Source: a virus
Lineage: Duplodnaviria; Caudoviricetes
Strand: one strand, 5' to 3'
Virus record (IMG/VR): IMGVR_UViG_3300032007_000037
Location: 67,167 to 131,166 of that record
DNA length: 64,000 nt
Shown here piece by piece: positions 9,881 through 19,156 of the stretch. The position numbers and the translations under genes are program-made. The stretch's first letter is position 1. Each line of letters opens with the position of its first letter. The notes under the pieces are model-generated. The model saw only the letters and a list, made by a program, of their open reading frames with translations. It had not been told where the DNA came from and made no database searches.

Positions 9881-10485
9881 ATATAAAAACAGTCTTACGA
9901 TTGTTTTATCTGGTGGTAGAATTCTACAGACAGATGAATGTACAGATGAAATGTTTGAAAAAATAAAACAATTTCAAATAGAGGATAATGAGTTTGAAAC
10001 CATTAATCTACTTATCCCAGAAGCAGTTGATGAATATGCAGATAATGTTCGTCTGATCAAATTTTGGGAAAAGGAAGAAGAGTCATCAGAACTTACAAAG
10101 AAGGGTAACTCTGTTTATTGGAAATCCGTATCTTCTCTATCCATGCCTATGGAGTTTGCTGAAAGAGTTATGAACGCTGAAAAGAATAAGAATAAAGATG
10201 AGCTGGAAGCTTACAGAAATTTCTGGACTCTTCTTTCTCTTAATCCTGATAAGGCCGTAAGAGAGAATCTCTTTAAATTCCTTGAAAAGTGGGGTATGGT
10301 TATTACTAAGTCAGGTTTATTTGTAGGTTATAGAAACGCTGACATTTATAAGAAATTAGATAAGTATGGGGATACTGTTTATACTGACCATCATTCTGGA
10401 ACTACAAGGATTATGATAGGCAAAATGGTTACTCTTGACAGGGCAGAATGTGACTGTGATAGCAGCGTGGAGTGCTCTAGGGGGT
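9867..10485 (+). CDS. rIIB: rIIB-like protein, exon 1 (spliced product 334 aa)
   Basis: NFW..LSLNPD..VRENLFKFL, ITKSGLFVGYR and DHHSG motifs. CSRGL joins HLGG of exon 2 to give the conserved CSxGLH motif. Confidence 0.85.
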
Positions 10486-10562
10486 TAATGTGTAGCCCAC
10501 TTAGGAAGTAATTCCTTTGGAAAATAACGGGTAAAATCGGTGAAGCTATCTAATGTAAATTT

Positions 10563-10623
10563 TAAGTACAACTTATAGGATTCATTAAGTAGTTGTCCTG
10601 TTGGAGCACATTTCATACCTTTA
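10563..10623 (+). promoter_or_regulatory. internal promoter of the intron endonuclease
   Basis: TAAGTACAACTTA (10563), ATTAAG (10584) and TACCTTTA (10616), with the same spacings as the portal promoter. Confidence 0.55.
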
Positions 10624-10643
10624 CAGCAATTAAAAGTAAAGAT

Positions 10644-11468
10644 ATGAAGTACACAAAAGAACAACTGCTTGAGATTTATCAAAAAGAATGTATCACAAAT
10701 AAAATGCGATACAAGGAAGTTAGAGAGAAATATGGTATCCCAAGAGGAACATGGGATTATTGGATTAGAAAAAGAGGAGGCAATTGTGCAGATAAGAGAT
10801 TTCATCGTCCTAATGACGACTTCTTTGATTCAATAGATTCTGAGATAAAAGCATATTTACTTGGGTATCTATATGCGGATGGTTATATTGCATCTGATGG
10901 GAGGATAGGCATAAGATTACAAGAAGATGATGTAGAAATATTGGAAATGATACAAAAATATATTTGTCCAAATAACCCCATAGAATCTTCAAATAATCAA
11001 AATTTTAAAAGGAAACCACAAAATTCAATCAGATGGAAGTCTTTACATATGTACAACAAACTAAAGGAATTTGGATTTTGTATTGATAAGACTCACACAG
11101 ATTCAAATATATTCCAATTAGTTCCTGATAATATGAAGATCCATTTTCTAAGAGGGTATACTGATGGCGATGGTAATCTACAAGTATACAGACTGGATAA
11201 TGGGACTCATCGAAAAATAAGCATATGTTGGTGTAACGGTTGCTCTAAGATATTAAAGGATATTAAAGAATGGTTACCTAATTATTCTTGGCATCTCTAC
11301 GATAATAAAACCTTTTATACACTTGGCTGTTATAACCATAATGAGGCATATGAAATAATCTCATTATTATATAAAGACGCGAATTTCTTTCTAACAAGAA
11401 AAATGAATCAATATAAAATGTTGTTTAATTTTTATAGTAATACCGAGCTAACTAAGCAGATTGCGTAA
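10644..11468 (+). CDS. intron-encoded LAGLIDADG homing endonuclease
   Basis: Motifs AYLLGYLYADGYI and HFLRGYTDGDGNL plus an N-terminal HTH-like segment. ATG 10644 is preferred over the ORF-track start. Confidence 0.9.
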   Translation: MKYTKEQLLEIYQKECITNKMRYKEVREKYGIPRGTWDYWIRKRGGNCADKRFHRPNDDFFDSIDSEIKAYLLGYLYADGYIASDGRIGIRLQEDDVEILEMIQKYICPNNPIESSNNQNFKRKPQNSIRWKSLHMYNKLKEFGFCIDKTHTDSNIFQLVPDNMKIHFLRGYTDGDGNLQVYRLDNGTHRKISICWCNGCSKILKDIKEWLPNYSWHLYDNKTFYTLGCYNHNEAYEIISLLYKDANFFLTRKMNQYKMLFNFYSNTELTKQIA

Positions 11469-11627
11469 GGCTGCTAAGTAGTGTAGAGCGTAGGAGGTGA
11501 ATAAATATAATCCTCCCAAGAGTATCCGTCTCCTGGAAAAACAGGAGCAAAATGTACGCCGAACTGTAAGGAGATTTAGAGTACTTACAGAACATGAGGA
11601 TAAAAAGCCTCATGGATAACAAAATTG

Positions 11628-12013
11628 TACACCTTGGAGGTACAAGCTGGCTATCACAGAACTACTATGGTTCAGTTGGGTTAGTCTGCTTGTGCAACCC
11701 TACTGATGTAATTGCCGTTCCTTGGGCAAGAGCTGAATATGGAAAACTGAGATGCTGTGCATACCTTCCCATAGCTGTAGCTAAATATGATGATACTGGT
11801 CATGTAATCCCATTTAAGACAGATAGTGGATTTGAGGAGCCTTTTGTGCCTACTATACTGTATGATGGAATAATGGCTACAGAAGAAGAGGCAACTTATA
11901 AGATACCTATTCCAAAAGACATAGATGTTACTTTATACGATCATCAATCCATTCCAGATAAAATTCTTTCTATTGCCAGACAATATATGAAGAAAGAAAA
12001 TGACGATAAGTGA
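11628..12013 (+). CDS. rIIB: rIIB-like protein, exon 2
   Basis: HLGG..WL, LCNPTDVIAVP and YGKLRCCAY are typical rIIB C-terminal motifs. Confidence 0.85.
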
Positions 12014-12179
12014 TTATTTTGGTGATTGGTCTAGAGTAATAGACTTACAAGAAGCCGATAGAGTAATGAAAAGACTATTGGCCTCTTCTGTCATCATATG
12101 CCCTCAAATAGAAGACCTCTTCAAATGCTTCAGGCTGTGTAAGTTAAATAATGTAAGGGTAATTATTATTGGACAGGAT
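12000..12179 (+). CDS. ung: uracil-DNA glycosylase (family 1), exon 1 (spliced product 227 aa)
   Basis: Ends in VRVIIIGQD and joins PYP of exon 2 to give the catalytic GQDPY motif. Confidence 0.9.
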
Positions 12180-12182
12180 TAA

Positions 12183-12243
12183 TTAGAAATACTTAGGGAC
12201 TTTTTTAGATAGGTATTTATCTAGGTCAACTGCCGTATCTTTG
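12183..12243 (+). promoter_or_regulatory. internal promoter of the first ung-intron endonuclease
   Basis: TTAGAAATACTTA (12183), TTTAGA (12204) and TATCTTTG (12236-12243). ATG at 12264. Confidence 0.65.
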
Positions 12244-12263
12244 GCACATAATTCAGGGTAATT

Positions 12264-12950
12264 ATGAAAAAGTACAAAGAGATTGTAGTTGAAGACGATT
12301 TAAAACAGCTTCTTATTGGAAGCATTCTTGGAGATGGTTGCTTTTGTTCTGTTAGCAAAACAACTAAGAATATGTGTTTAAGCATTGCTCATTCCATTAA
12401 ACAAAAGGATTACTTGGAATATAAATGGAGTATTTTAAATAAATACAATTTAGTACCTCCTATCCGTGAAAACACTATTCATAATAACAGATATACTCAT
12501 GATTTAACAGAATGTAGATTTAAAACTCGCCTAAACCCTATTTTCACAGAAATTAGAAATAATAATTATGATGAAACAGGACATAAAAGAGTTAAAGAAG
12601 ATTTTGTTAAAGACCTGGAACCATTAGGATTGGCAATCTGGTATATGGATGACGGGTATGTGACAAAGAATTCTTGTATATTATCTACTTGTTCTTTTAC
12701 AATTGAAGAGCAAAACATTCTAGCAAAAATACTATTAGATAAGTTCGATTTGCATTTTAATGTAGGTAAACATGATAATAGTATGTATCTCCAAGCAAAA
12801 GATTTTCCAAAATTTAAGAAGTTGATTGGGAATTATGTTATACCATCTTTACAATATAAATTAGTTCCGTATAGTAAAAGGGTTCTGTATAAATCGGGTG
12901 AATTGCTGGAACATCCCAATGGGACAATCAGCAGCCAAGCACAAGCTTAA
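12264..12950 (+). CDS. LAGLIDADG homing endonuclease (I-SceI-like) in the P1 loop of the ung intron
   Basis: Motifs LLIGSILGDGCF and LAIWYMDDGYV. The 3' end runs through the ribozyme P3-P6 region. Confidence 0.9.
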   Translation: MKKYKEIVVEDDLKQLLIGSILGDGCFCSVSKTTKNMCLSIAHSIKQKDYLEYKWSILNKYNLVPPIRENTIHNNRYTHDLTECRFKTRLNPIFTEIRNNNYDETGHKRVKEDFVKDLEPLGLAIWYMDDGYVTKNSCILSTCSFTIEEQNILAKILLDKFDLHFNVGKHDNSMYLQAKDFPKFKKLIGNYVIPSLQYKLVPYSKRVLYKSGELLEHPNGTISSQAQA

Positions 12951-13013
12951 CAACTTGTGAAGGTTCAGAGACTAACAGTATTATATAAATAAGAACAAGC
13001 TAAATGTTTGATT

Positions 13014-13628
13014 ATGACGAAAGAAGAAAAGGCAACTTTAATTGGAATAGTGCTAGGTGACGGGCATCTGGCATGTAGTAGATACAAAAACTGTAATGCT
13101 TTTCATCAAGAAATTTTCTTAATTCATTCAATAGAACAAAAAGAATATCTTGAGTGGAAAGTTAATCTAATACATTCCATTATAGGAGGGAACAAGCCCT
13201 CTATTATTGAATTTAGCAATAATGGTTATCACGGAGTTAAAGCTATGAAGTCTCATAGATATTTTAGAGTTTTATATAAATATTTATATAAGAATGGAAC
13301 TAAAACAATTCCTTTGAAAGCTCTTAATAGATTAACTCCCTTAGCTATTGCTATATGGTGGATGGATGATGGTTCATTGTGCAAGAAAGTTAGAAATAAT
13401 AAAATTCACGCATGGGAACTATATTTGAACACCTATTTAAGCAAAGAGGAAAATCAAGTTATAATTGACTATTTCCAAAATGTATGGAATGTTAAATGGA
13501 ATCTTAATATGAGTAAGGGTAAGTATAGACTAAGATGCTCTACACAAGAAGGTAGAAAGTTTCTTAATATCATACGACCTATTGTATCTCAAATTAAGTG
13601 TATGCAGTACAAATGTTTAGAAATCTAA
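13014..13628 (+). CDS. second LAGLIDADG homing endonuclease (I-SceI-like) in the P7.1 region of the ung intron
   Basis: Motifs TLIGIVLGDGHL and IAIWWMDDGSL. Lies between the R element and the P3' strand. Confidence 0.9.
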   Translation: MTKEEKATLIGIVLGDGHLACSRYKNCNAFHQEIFLIHSIEQKEYLEWKVNLIHSIIGGNKPSIIEFSNNGYHGVKAMKSHRYFRVLYKYLYKNGTKTIPLKALNRLTPLAIAIWWMDDGSLCKKVRNNKIHAWELYLNTYLSKEENQVIIDYFQNVWNVKWNLNMSKGKYRLRCSTQEGRKFLNIIRPIVSQIKCMQYKCLEI

Positions 13629-13650
13629 TTAACAGTTGAAACTGAATATT

Positions 13651-13788
13651 ATGGAAAAATTAAAAGTATATTGTCCCTATTCTTCTTTAGAATTAGGGCG
13701 GGAAACAATTAAAAAATTAACAAATATTTCTTTTGATAAGCCTTGGTATTTAAAATATAATACTGACACGAGTGCCCGACACTTATAG
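13651..13788 (+). CDS. possible 45-aa intron mini-ORF
   Basis: Reads MEKLKVYCPYSSLELGRETIKKLTNISFDKPWYLKYNTDTSARHL. AT-rich leader. Runs into the ribozyme core as the endonuclease ORFs do. Confidence 0.35.
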   Translation: MEKLKVYCPYSSLELGRETIKKLTNISFDKPWYLKYNTDTSARHL

Positions 13789-13864
13789 TAAGTGAAGATA
13801 TAGTCCGAACTACATGGTAACATGTAGAAATAGAAGATAAAGAGCTTCTATGGTAACAATTATG

Positions 13865-14368
13865 CCTTATCCAAACATTATTAACGGCAAACCTGTAGCT
13901 ACAGGTCTTGCCTTTGCTAATTCCCCTAACGTATCAGAAGAATTCTATTCACCATCTTTAGCTGTCCTAAAGGAGTCAGTAATTGACTATACTAAACCAC
14001 ACGGAATAACTACTTTTGATGCGAGTTTGGAGAAGTGGGAAGAGCAAGGAGTTTTATTACTTAACTCATATTTATCTTGTGCAGCAGGTCTACCTAATTC
14101 ACATATGTTACTTTGGAGACCCTTCACAAAATCCTTACTCATTAATTTGTCTGAATGTAGCCCTGGATTAGTGTATGTACTAATGGGAAGTACGGCACAA
14201 TCCTTTGAACCTTACATTAATGCTAAATGTAATTATGTCTTCAAGACCAAACATCCCGCATACTATGCAAGAGCTCATGAGAGAATGCCTTCAGACATTT
14301 GGAAACAGGTTAATAAAATTCTCATTGGTCAAAGCGGCTATGGGATTGAGTGGTTTAAAGAAGAATAA
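13865..14368 (+). CDS. ung: uracil-DNA glycosylase, exon 2
   Basis: PYP, ATGLAF, SPSL, WEEQGVLLLNS, SH..LW, VLMG..AQ and HPAY motifs. Confidence 0.9.
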   Translation, partial: PYPNIINGKPVATGLAFANSPNVSEEFYSPSLAVLKESVIDYTKPHGITTFDASLEKWEEQGVLLLNSYLSCAAGLPNSHMLLWRPFTKSLLINLSECSPGLVYVLMGSTAQSFEPYINAKCNYVFKTKHPAYYARAHERMPSDIWKQVNKILIGQSGYGIEWFKEE

Positions 14369-14392
14369 TAACGATTAAAAAAAGTAAAACTA

Positions 14393-14731
14393 ATGAAAAA
14401 GTGTTTTATATGTGAAACGGGTAGAGAGATTAAGTTTGGTGACATCGTTAAACTTAATTTAACCAAAAACTTAAAGGATGGTTCAACAGTACACAAAGTT
14501 ATAAAGTGTAAATTCCATCCTATTTTAATTGAGCCTCTTTTAGAGCAAGGTATTATAGAATTAAGAGACGTGGAAGACGAAGAAAAGCTTGATGATGAAA
14601 ATCAGGAAGTTGAAGAATTCTTCGAAGAGCTTCTTAAAAGGTATAGCGAACTTGAAGAAAGGGTTATAGAGCTTGAAGGTATTGTAGCAGAATTAACCGA
14701 AAAACCAAACAAGAATGAGCGAAAGAATTAA
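14393..14731 (+). CDS. hypothetical protein
   Basis: 112-aa ORF with an acidic coiled-coil C-terminus. Confidence 0.7.
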   Translation: MKKCFICETGREIKFGDIVKLNLTKNLKDGSTVHKVIKCKFHPILIEPLLEQGIIELRDVEDEEKLDDENQEVEEFFEELLKRYSELEERVIELEGIVAELTEKPNKNERKN

Positions 14732-15299
14732 GAATGTAGACCATGCCCAAAGACCCAAGGAATATAATGGCAAAAAGTTTAGAAGCGATCTTGAAAGAAA
14801 CACAGCAAGAACTCTTGATGTATTAAATATTCCCTATGAATATGAACCTAGGAAAATTGTGCTTCTGGAGGGTTTCAGATGCCCTTATCAAAAAGATAAG
14901 GTTCGAGCCCTTACATATACGCCTGATTTCATCATAGGGAATATTATGATTGAATGTAAGGGATTTGAAACTCCTGAATGGAAAAACAAGAAAAAGCTTG
15001 TATTTAGATACCTGATTGACAATGAGCCAGACACAATGTTTTATCAGATACATGATTGCAAGAAGTCTTTACTTACTGTCTTAGATAATCATTGGATTAC
15101 TTTGGGAAAGGTTATTAAGGTGACTTCTAAGTCCACCAAAAAGAACCCTTCTGTGGAATATAAATTCTCTTCAATTAGAGAGGCTATGGATACCCTACAT
15201 TTAACAGGAAGGACTATAGCTCCTATTATGCGCTCATTGATGGGTAATGCTCAGTTTGTATATGATTATAACTGGAAGTTAGAGAACTTAAACTTATAA
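14715..15299 (+). CDS. T7 endonuclease I-like PD-(D/E)xK nuclease, putative Holliday junction resolvase
   Basis: FRSDLE, YEYEP, YTPDFII and IECKG motifs. NUMOD1-like C-terminus (YKFSSIREAM). Confidence 0.75.
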   Translation: MSERIKNVDHAQRPKEYNGKKFRSDLERNTARTLDVLNIPYEYEPRKIVLLEGFRCPYQKDKVRALTYTPDFIIGNIMIECKGFETPEWKNKKKLVFRYLIDNEPDTMFYQIHDCKKSLLTVLDNHWITLGKVIKVTSKSTKKNPSVEYKFSSIREAMDTLHLTGRTIAPIMRSLMGNAQFVYDYNWKLENLNL

Positions 15300-15302
15300 C
15301 AC

Positions 15303-15566
15303 ATGGGAAGTCGTTTTGATAAATATAAAAGTGAAGGCAAGGCTATCTCTAATCATATCTCCAACATTAATAACTTTATTGATTGGAATTATGATAGTGG
15401 CCTTGACCTCATTGAGAAAGAGATAAAAGATTTACAAGGAAGGATAGATAGAGGTAATGCCCCAGCTATATTTAGTAATAAGGTGAATGGCCTCATTAAG
15501 TTAGGTGAATGTATAGAGGCATTGCATGAAATCTATCATTTCAATAAAACAACTAAAGATAATTAA
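15303..15566 (+). CDS. hypothetical protein
   Basis: 87-aa ORF tightly packed in the operon. Confidence 0.65.
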   Translation: MGSRFDKYKSEGKAISNHISNINNFIDWNYDSGLDLIEKEIKDLQGRIDRGNAPAIFSNKVNGLIKLGECIEALHEIYHFNKTTKDN

Positions 15567-15568
15567 TT

Positions 15569-16621
15569 ATGGAAATCCAAAAAGAGCTTAGTGACATATC
15601 CCTTCAGATAACAGAACCTGAGTATAGGGCTATGCCTGAGTTATCATATAGTATTTTATCTAACTATATGACATTGGGATTCTCTGGTCTAGATCATCTA
15701 TTTGATAAGAAAGAAAGTCTTTCACTTACATTAGGAAGTGCTGTTGATGCTATAATTACAGGTGGAGAAGATGAATTCAACTCTTTATTTGCTGTAGCAG
15801 ACATTTCTTCTATGGGAGATACAAAAGAAAATAAAATTGTCCATTATCTATTTGATAATTATGGTAAGGTGTATTCCACTATAGAAGAAGTTCCTGCAAC
15901 ATACATTCTTGAAGCTTGTAATCAATTCAATTATGGTGCAGATAATTGGAAACCTGAAACAAAAACAGGTAAGATAACAAAGGCGGGTACAGCTTATTGG
16001 AAAGCTAAAGTAGCTGTTGGAGATAAAACCCTTCTTTCACTTCAGAATTATCAAGATGTGAGAAATATGGTAAAGGCTCTTAGAGAATCTCCTGCAACTG
16101 GTGGATTCTTTGCAAAAGATGATTGGCTTTCTCCTATCAGAAGATACTATCAACTTAAGTTCAAAGCCACTTTAGATAATGTTGGTTATCGCTGTATGGC
16201 TGATGAAATAATTGTGGATTATGAACATAAGATTGTCCAGCCTATTGATCTTAAAACTTCTTTAGGGTGTGATGAATGGAACTTTGAAGAGAACTTTAAA
16301 AAGTGGCACTATTATATTCAAGCACGCCTTTATTGGAGAATCATCAGGGCTAATATGAATGCAGATCCCTATTTTAAGGACTTTGAACTAAATGATTATA
16401 TCTTTATTATAGTAAACCCTAAGAATCTTATGCCGCTCAAGTGGAAATTTCCACTTACTCAAGTGGAGGGTACTCTTATTACTGATGATGGGGAGGAAAT
16501 TGTAGACCCCTTTGTATTGGGAAAAGAGCTTAGGGCTTATCTAAATCTAAGGCCACCTGTTCCTAATGAAATTAACAAAGATGGGGTAAACATAATTAAG
16601 TGTATAAAAATAAAAGAATAA
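15569..16621 (+). CDS. PD-(D/E)xK exonuclease (RecE/DUF3799-like)
   Basis: EYRA..LSYS, LGSAVDA, RCMADEIIVD..PIDLKTS and YYIQARLY motifs. Confidence 0.8.
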   Translation: MEIQKELSDISLQITEPEYRAMPELSYSILSNYMTLGFSGLDHLFDKKESLSLTLGSAVDAIITGGEDEFNSLFAVADISSMGDTKENKIVHYLFDNYGKVYSTIEEVPATYILEACNQFNYGADNWKPETKTGKITKAGTAYWKAKVAVGDKTLLSLQNYQDVRNMVKALRESPATGGFFAKDDWLSPIRRYYQLKFKATLDNVGYRCMADEIIVDYEHKIVQPIDLKTSLGCDEWNFEENFKKWHYYIQARLYWRIIRANMNADPYFKDFELNDYIFIIVNPKNLMPLKWKFPLTQVEGTLITDDGEEIVDPFVLGKELRAYLNLRPPVPNEINKDGVNIIKCIKIKE

Positions 16622-17106
16622 TGAAAAGAATAGTAAAAGTAGTTAGACATAATCCACTAGCTGATGTTGTTGTTAATGAAAAAGGAGATTGCTTTGATTT
16701 AATTGCAACAGAGGATTGTGAGATTACACCAAATCAAGCACATTTGATCTCATTGGGTGTATCTATGAAATTACCCAGTGGATGTATAGCCAAGATATAT
16801 GACAGGAGCAGTAATCCTTTAAAGAGATTCTTTTTTCTTGCCAATGGTGTGGGATACATAGATAATTCATACAAAGGCAAAGACGACATATGGAAATTCC
16901 AAGCATTAGCTGTTAAATCAGGACATTATAAGCCTGTACACGTTAAGGCTGGTGATAGAATATGCCAGTTTGAAATCTGTTTGAGCCAGAAAGCAACTGT
17001 GTTGCAAAAACTTATGTGGCTGTTCACAAACGGATATGAGTTTAAGTATGTAGATGATTTAGAGGATGACAGTAGAGGCGGCTTTGGCTCTACCGATGAA
17101 AATTAA
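16621..17106 (+). CDS. dut: trimeric dUTPase
   Basis: DCFDL, RSS, GYIDNSYKG, GDRICQ and SRGGFGST motifs. Start at ATG 16621 overlaps the previous TAA. Confidence 0.9.
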   Translation: MKRIVKVVRHNPLADVVVNEKGDCFDLIATEDCEITPNQAHLISLGVSMKLPSGCIAKIYDRSSNPLKRFFFLANGVGYIDNSYKGKDDIWKFQALAVKSGHYKPVHVKAGDRICQFEICLSQKATVLQKLMWLFTNGYEFKYVDDLEDDSRGGFGSTDEN

Positions 17107-17118
17107 ATTGATGAGAAG

Positions 17119-17547
17119 ATGGGTAAGAAAAATATTTCATTGTTTACAGTTTCCTTTCGACAGGGCTTCATAAGTCCTAATCTTCCTATAGCTACTTTTT
17201 ATCAGGAAGATAAAAAGATTGTATTTCTTTTAGATTCTGGCTCAGACAAGAATGTTATTGACAGCAATGCAATAAAACTGTTTGAACATAAAGTAAAAGA
17301 CGATGCAGAAGAAACTCATTTGTCTGGTGTAGGTGGAACTCAAAAAGTATATACAGCATCGCTTGCATTTGGTACAAAAGACGAAAAATATACAGCTGAC
17401 TTTCTAGTTACTGATTTGAAGGAAACTTTTGATTTGATTGAAAAGGAACATGGCATTGCTATACATGGTATTATTGGTTCCTCCTTCCTAAGAGAACATC
17501 ACGTTGTATTAGATTTCAAGAATTTAGCCGCTTACAGTAAACAATGA
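17119..17547 (+). CDS. retropepsin-like aspartic protease
   Basis: FLLDSGSD catalytic motif, flap-like LSGVGG and HGIIGSSFL. Confidence 0.85.
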   Translation: MGKKNISLFTVSFRQGFISPNLPIATFYQEDKKIVFLLDSGSDKNVIDSNAIKLFEHKVKDDAEETHLSGVGGTQKVYTASLAFGTKDEKYTADFLVTDLKETFDLIEKEHGIAIHGIIGSSFLREHHVVLDFKNLAAYSKQ

Positions 17548-19156
17548 TTTACTATGTCACTCTTCAGCAGGAAGCATTTGAACATGATGCCTACCAAATG
17601 TGTTCTGTAGAGAAGTCTTTGCAGTTATTAGACTCCTTTACGGGCCATATGATTCAATTAGATACTGAAACCACAGGATTAGATCCGCACATTGATAGGA
17701 TTCTTTTGTTACAACTTGGTAATATTGAAGAGACAATCCAGATAGTAATTAATGCTTCTGAAATAGATATCAGGCTTTATAAAGAGGCTATTGAATCAGC
17801 ATTTATCATAGGACAGAATTTGAAGTTTGATATTAAGGTATTATTTGCCTTTGAAATTATTATTCGCAACTGCTATGATACCATGACCGCTGAGCAGTTA
17901 CTCTATATGGCATATCCTAATTTCATGATAGGTTGTACAGAAGAAATAATGATGCAATATTGTGATTATATAGACAGTGTGCCTGGTTGGGAAGATTTGA
18001 AAAAAGAAGAGAAGAAAAGAATGCTCTACAGAGACGAGCCTGAAGTAGCTGAATTTATCTATGAACATAGTGGTGTCGGTTTAAAAGCCCTAATGTATAG
18101 ATATTTTGGCGAGGAAATGTCTAAGGAAGTCAGGGAGGAATTTACACAAGAACTTCAGAGAATTGAAACTAAGCATATTATCTATGCAGCAAAGGATGTT
18201 CAGCCCCTTTACAAACTTATGCAGATGCAGGTTCAGAGACTGAAAGAACGCGATCTACTTCAAGCAGCCAAAGTAGAGTGCCTCTTTATCCCTTCTATAG
18301 CTTATTATGAGTGGTGTGGTGTACATATGGATGTTCCTTTATGGGAGCAAAAGATGGCTTCTGATTATAAGAAGATGTCTGAAGCCTTGGAGAAACTAAA
18401 TCAGTATGTGGTCGATTTTAATGATAGCAGATTTCTTCGGATTAATCTGCAAGGAGACCTTTTTCTAGGTTGGGACACAGCCCCAAAGTGTACTATTAAC
18501 TGGAACTCCAATAAACAGGTTATTCCGTTCTTAACCGCTCTTGGCTTTAACTGTAAGGGTATTGACAAGAAAACAAAAGAGGAGAAGGATAGCATTGATG
18601 CTTCAGTCCTTGAGCCTCAGAGACATATTAATCCTGAGTTCTATGATATCTATTTAGCCTATACAGAAGCTCAAAAAGTATGTAGTACCTACGGTCAGAA
18701 CTATCTGAATGCCATTAACCCCTATACTAATAGAGTTCATACAACCTTTAGGGCTATTGGAACTGACACAGGTAGATTGGCTTGTGGCTCTCAGAAACAG
18801 AACCAATCCCTTGCAAGGATTAAAGGACTGCCTGTAAGCAAAGAGGTTAAGGATACCAAGCTAAAATGTGCATATCCACAACTTCAGAATCTCCCTGCTG
18901 ATGAAATTACAAGAGCCTCCTTCTGTGCAGAGAAAGGTAATGTCTGGATTTCAATAGACTATTGTGGTCAGGAATCAGTTTTGATGGCAGATTTCTCTCA
19001 GGATAAGGCTATGATGGATGTGTTCCTCAAAGGTGAGGACATGCATTCTACTGTGGCCTATATGATTTTTCCTAATGAAATCCCACGCGATACACCTATC
19101 AAGGATATTAAGAAGCTCTATAAACACTACAGACAGGAAGCAAAAGGGCCTGAGTT
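17544..19156 (+). CDS. polA: family A DNA polymerase with 3'-5' exonuclease, exon 1 (spliced product 795 aa)
   Basis: ExoI DTETTG, ExoII NLKFD, ExoIII YAAKD, TGRL, LQNLP, motif A DYCGQE and the start of motif B (RQEAKGPE). Confidence 0.92.

Larger units (their letters stand above)
10486..11627 (+). mobile_element. group I intron (1142 nt) in rIIB
   Basis: The 5' exon ends in U (GGGGU) and pairs with GCCC (P1). GUGUA pairs with exon-2 UACAC (P10). P element AAUCGGUGAA, Q element AAUACCGAG, P7 GAGCGUA/UACGCC, terminal G11627. Splicing restores T+TA = Leu in frame. Confidence 0.9.
12180..13864 (+). mobile_element. group I intron (1685 nt) in ung, carrying two homing endonucleases
   Basis: The exon ends ACAGGAU and pairs with the internal guide sequence GUUCUGU at ~12882. 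P element AAUUGCUGGAA, Q element AAUCAGCAG, R element UCAGAGACUA (12965), S element AAGAUAUAGUCC (~13795), P3 UCGGG/CCCGA, terminal G13864. Confidence 0.92.

Noticed and set aside
12180-13864. Nested introns (twintron) in ung
   Set aside because: Only one set of P, Q, R and S elements and one P1/P10 were found; both endonucleases fit into loops of a single ribozyme.
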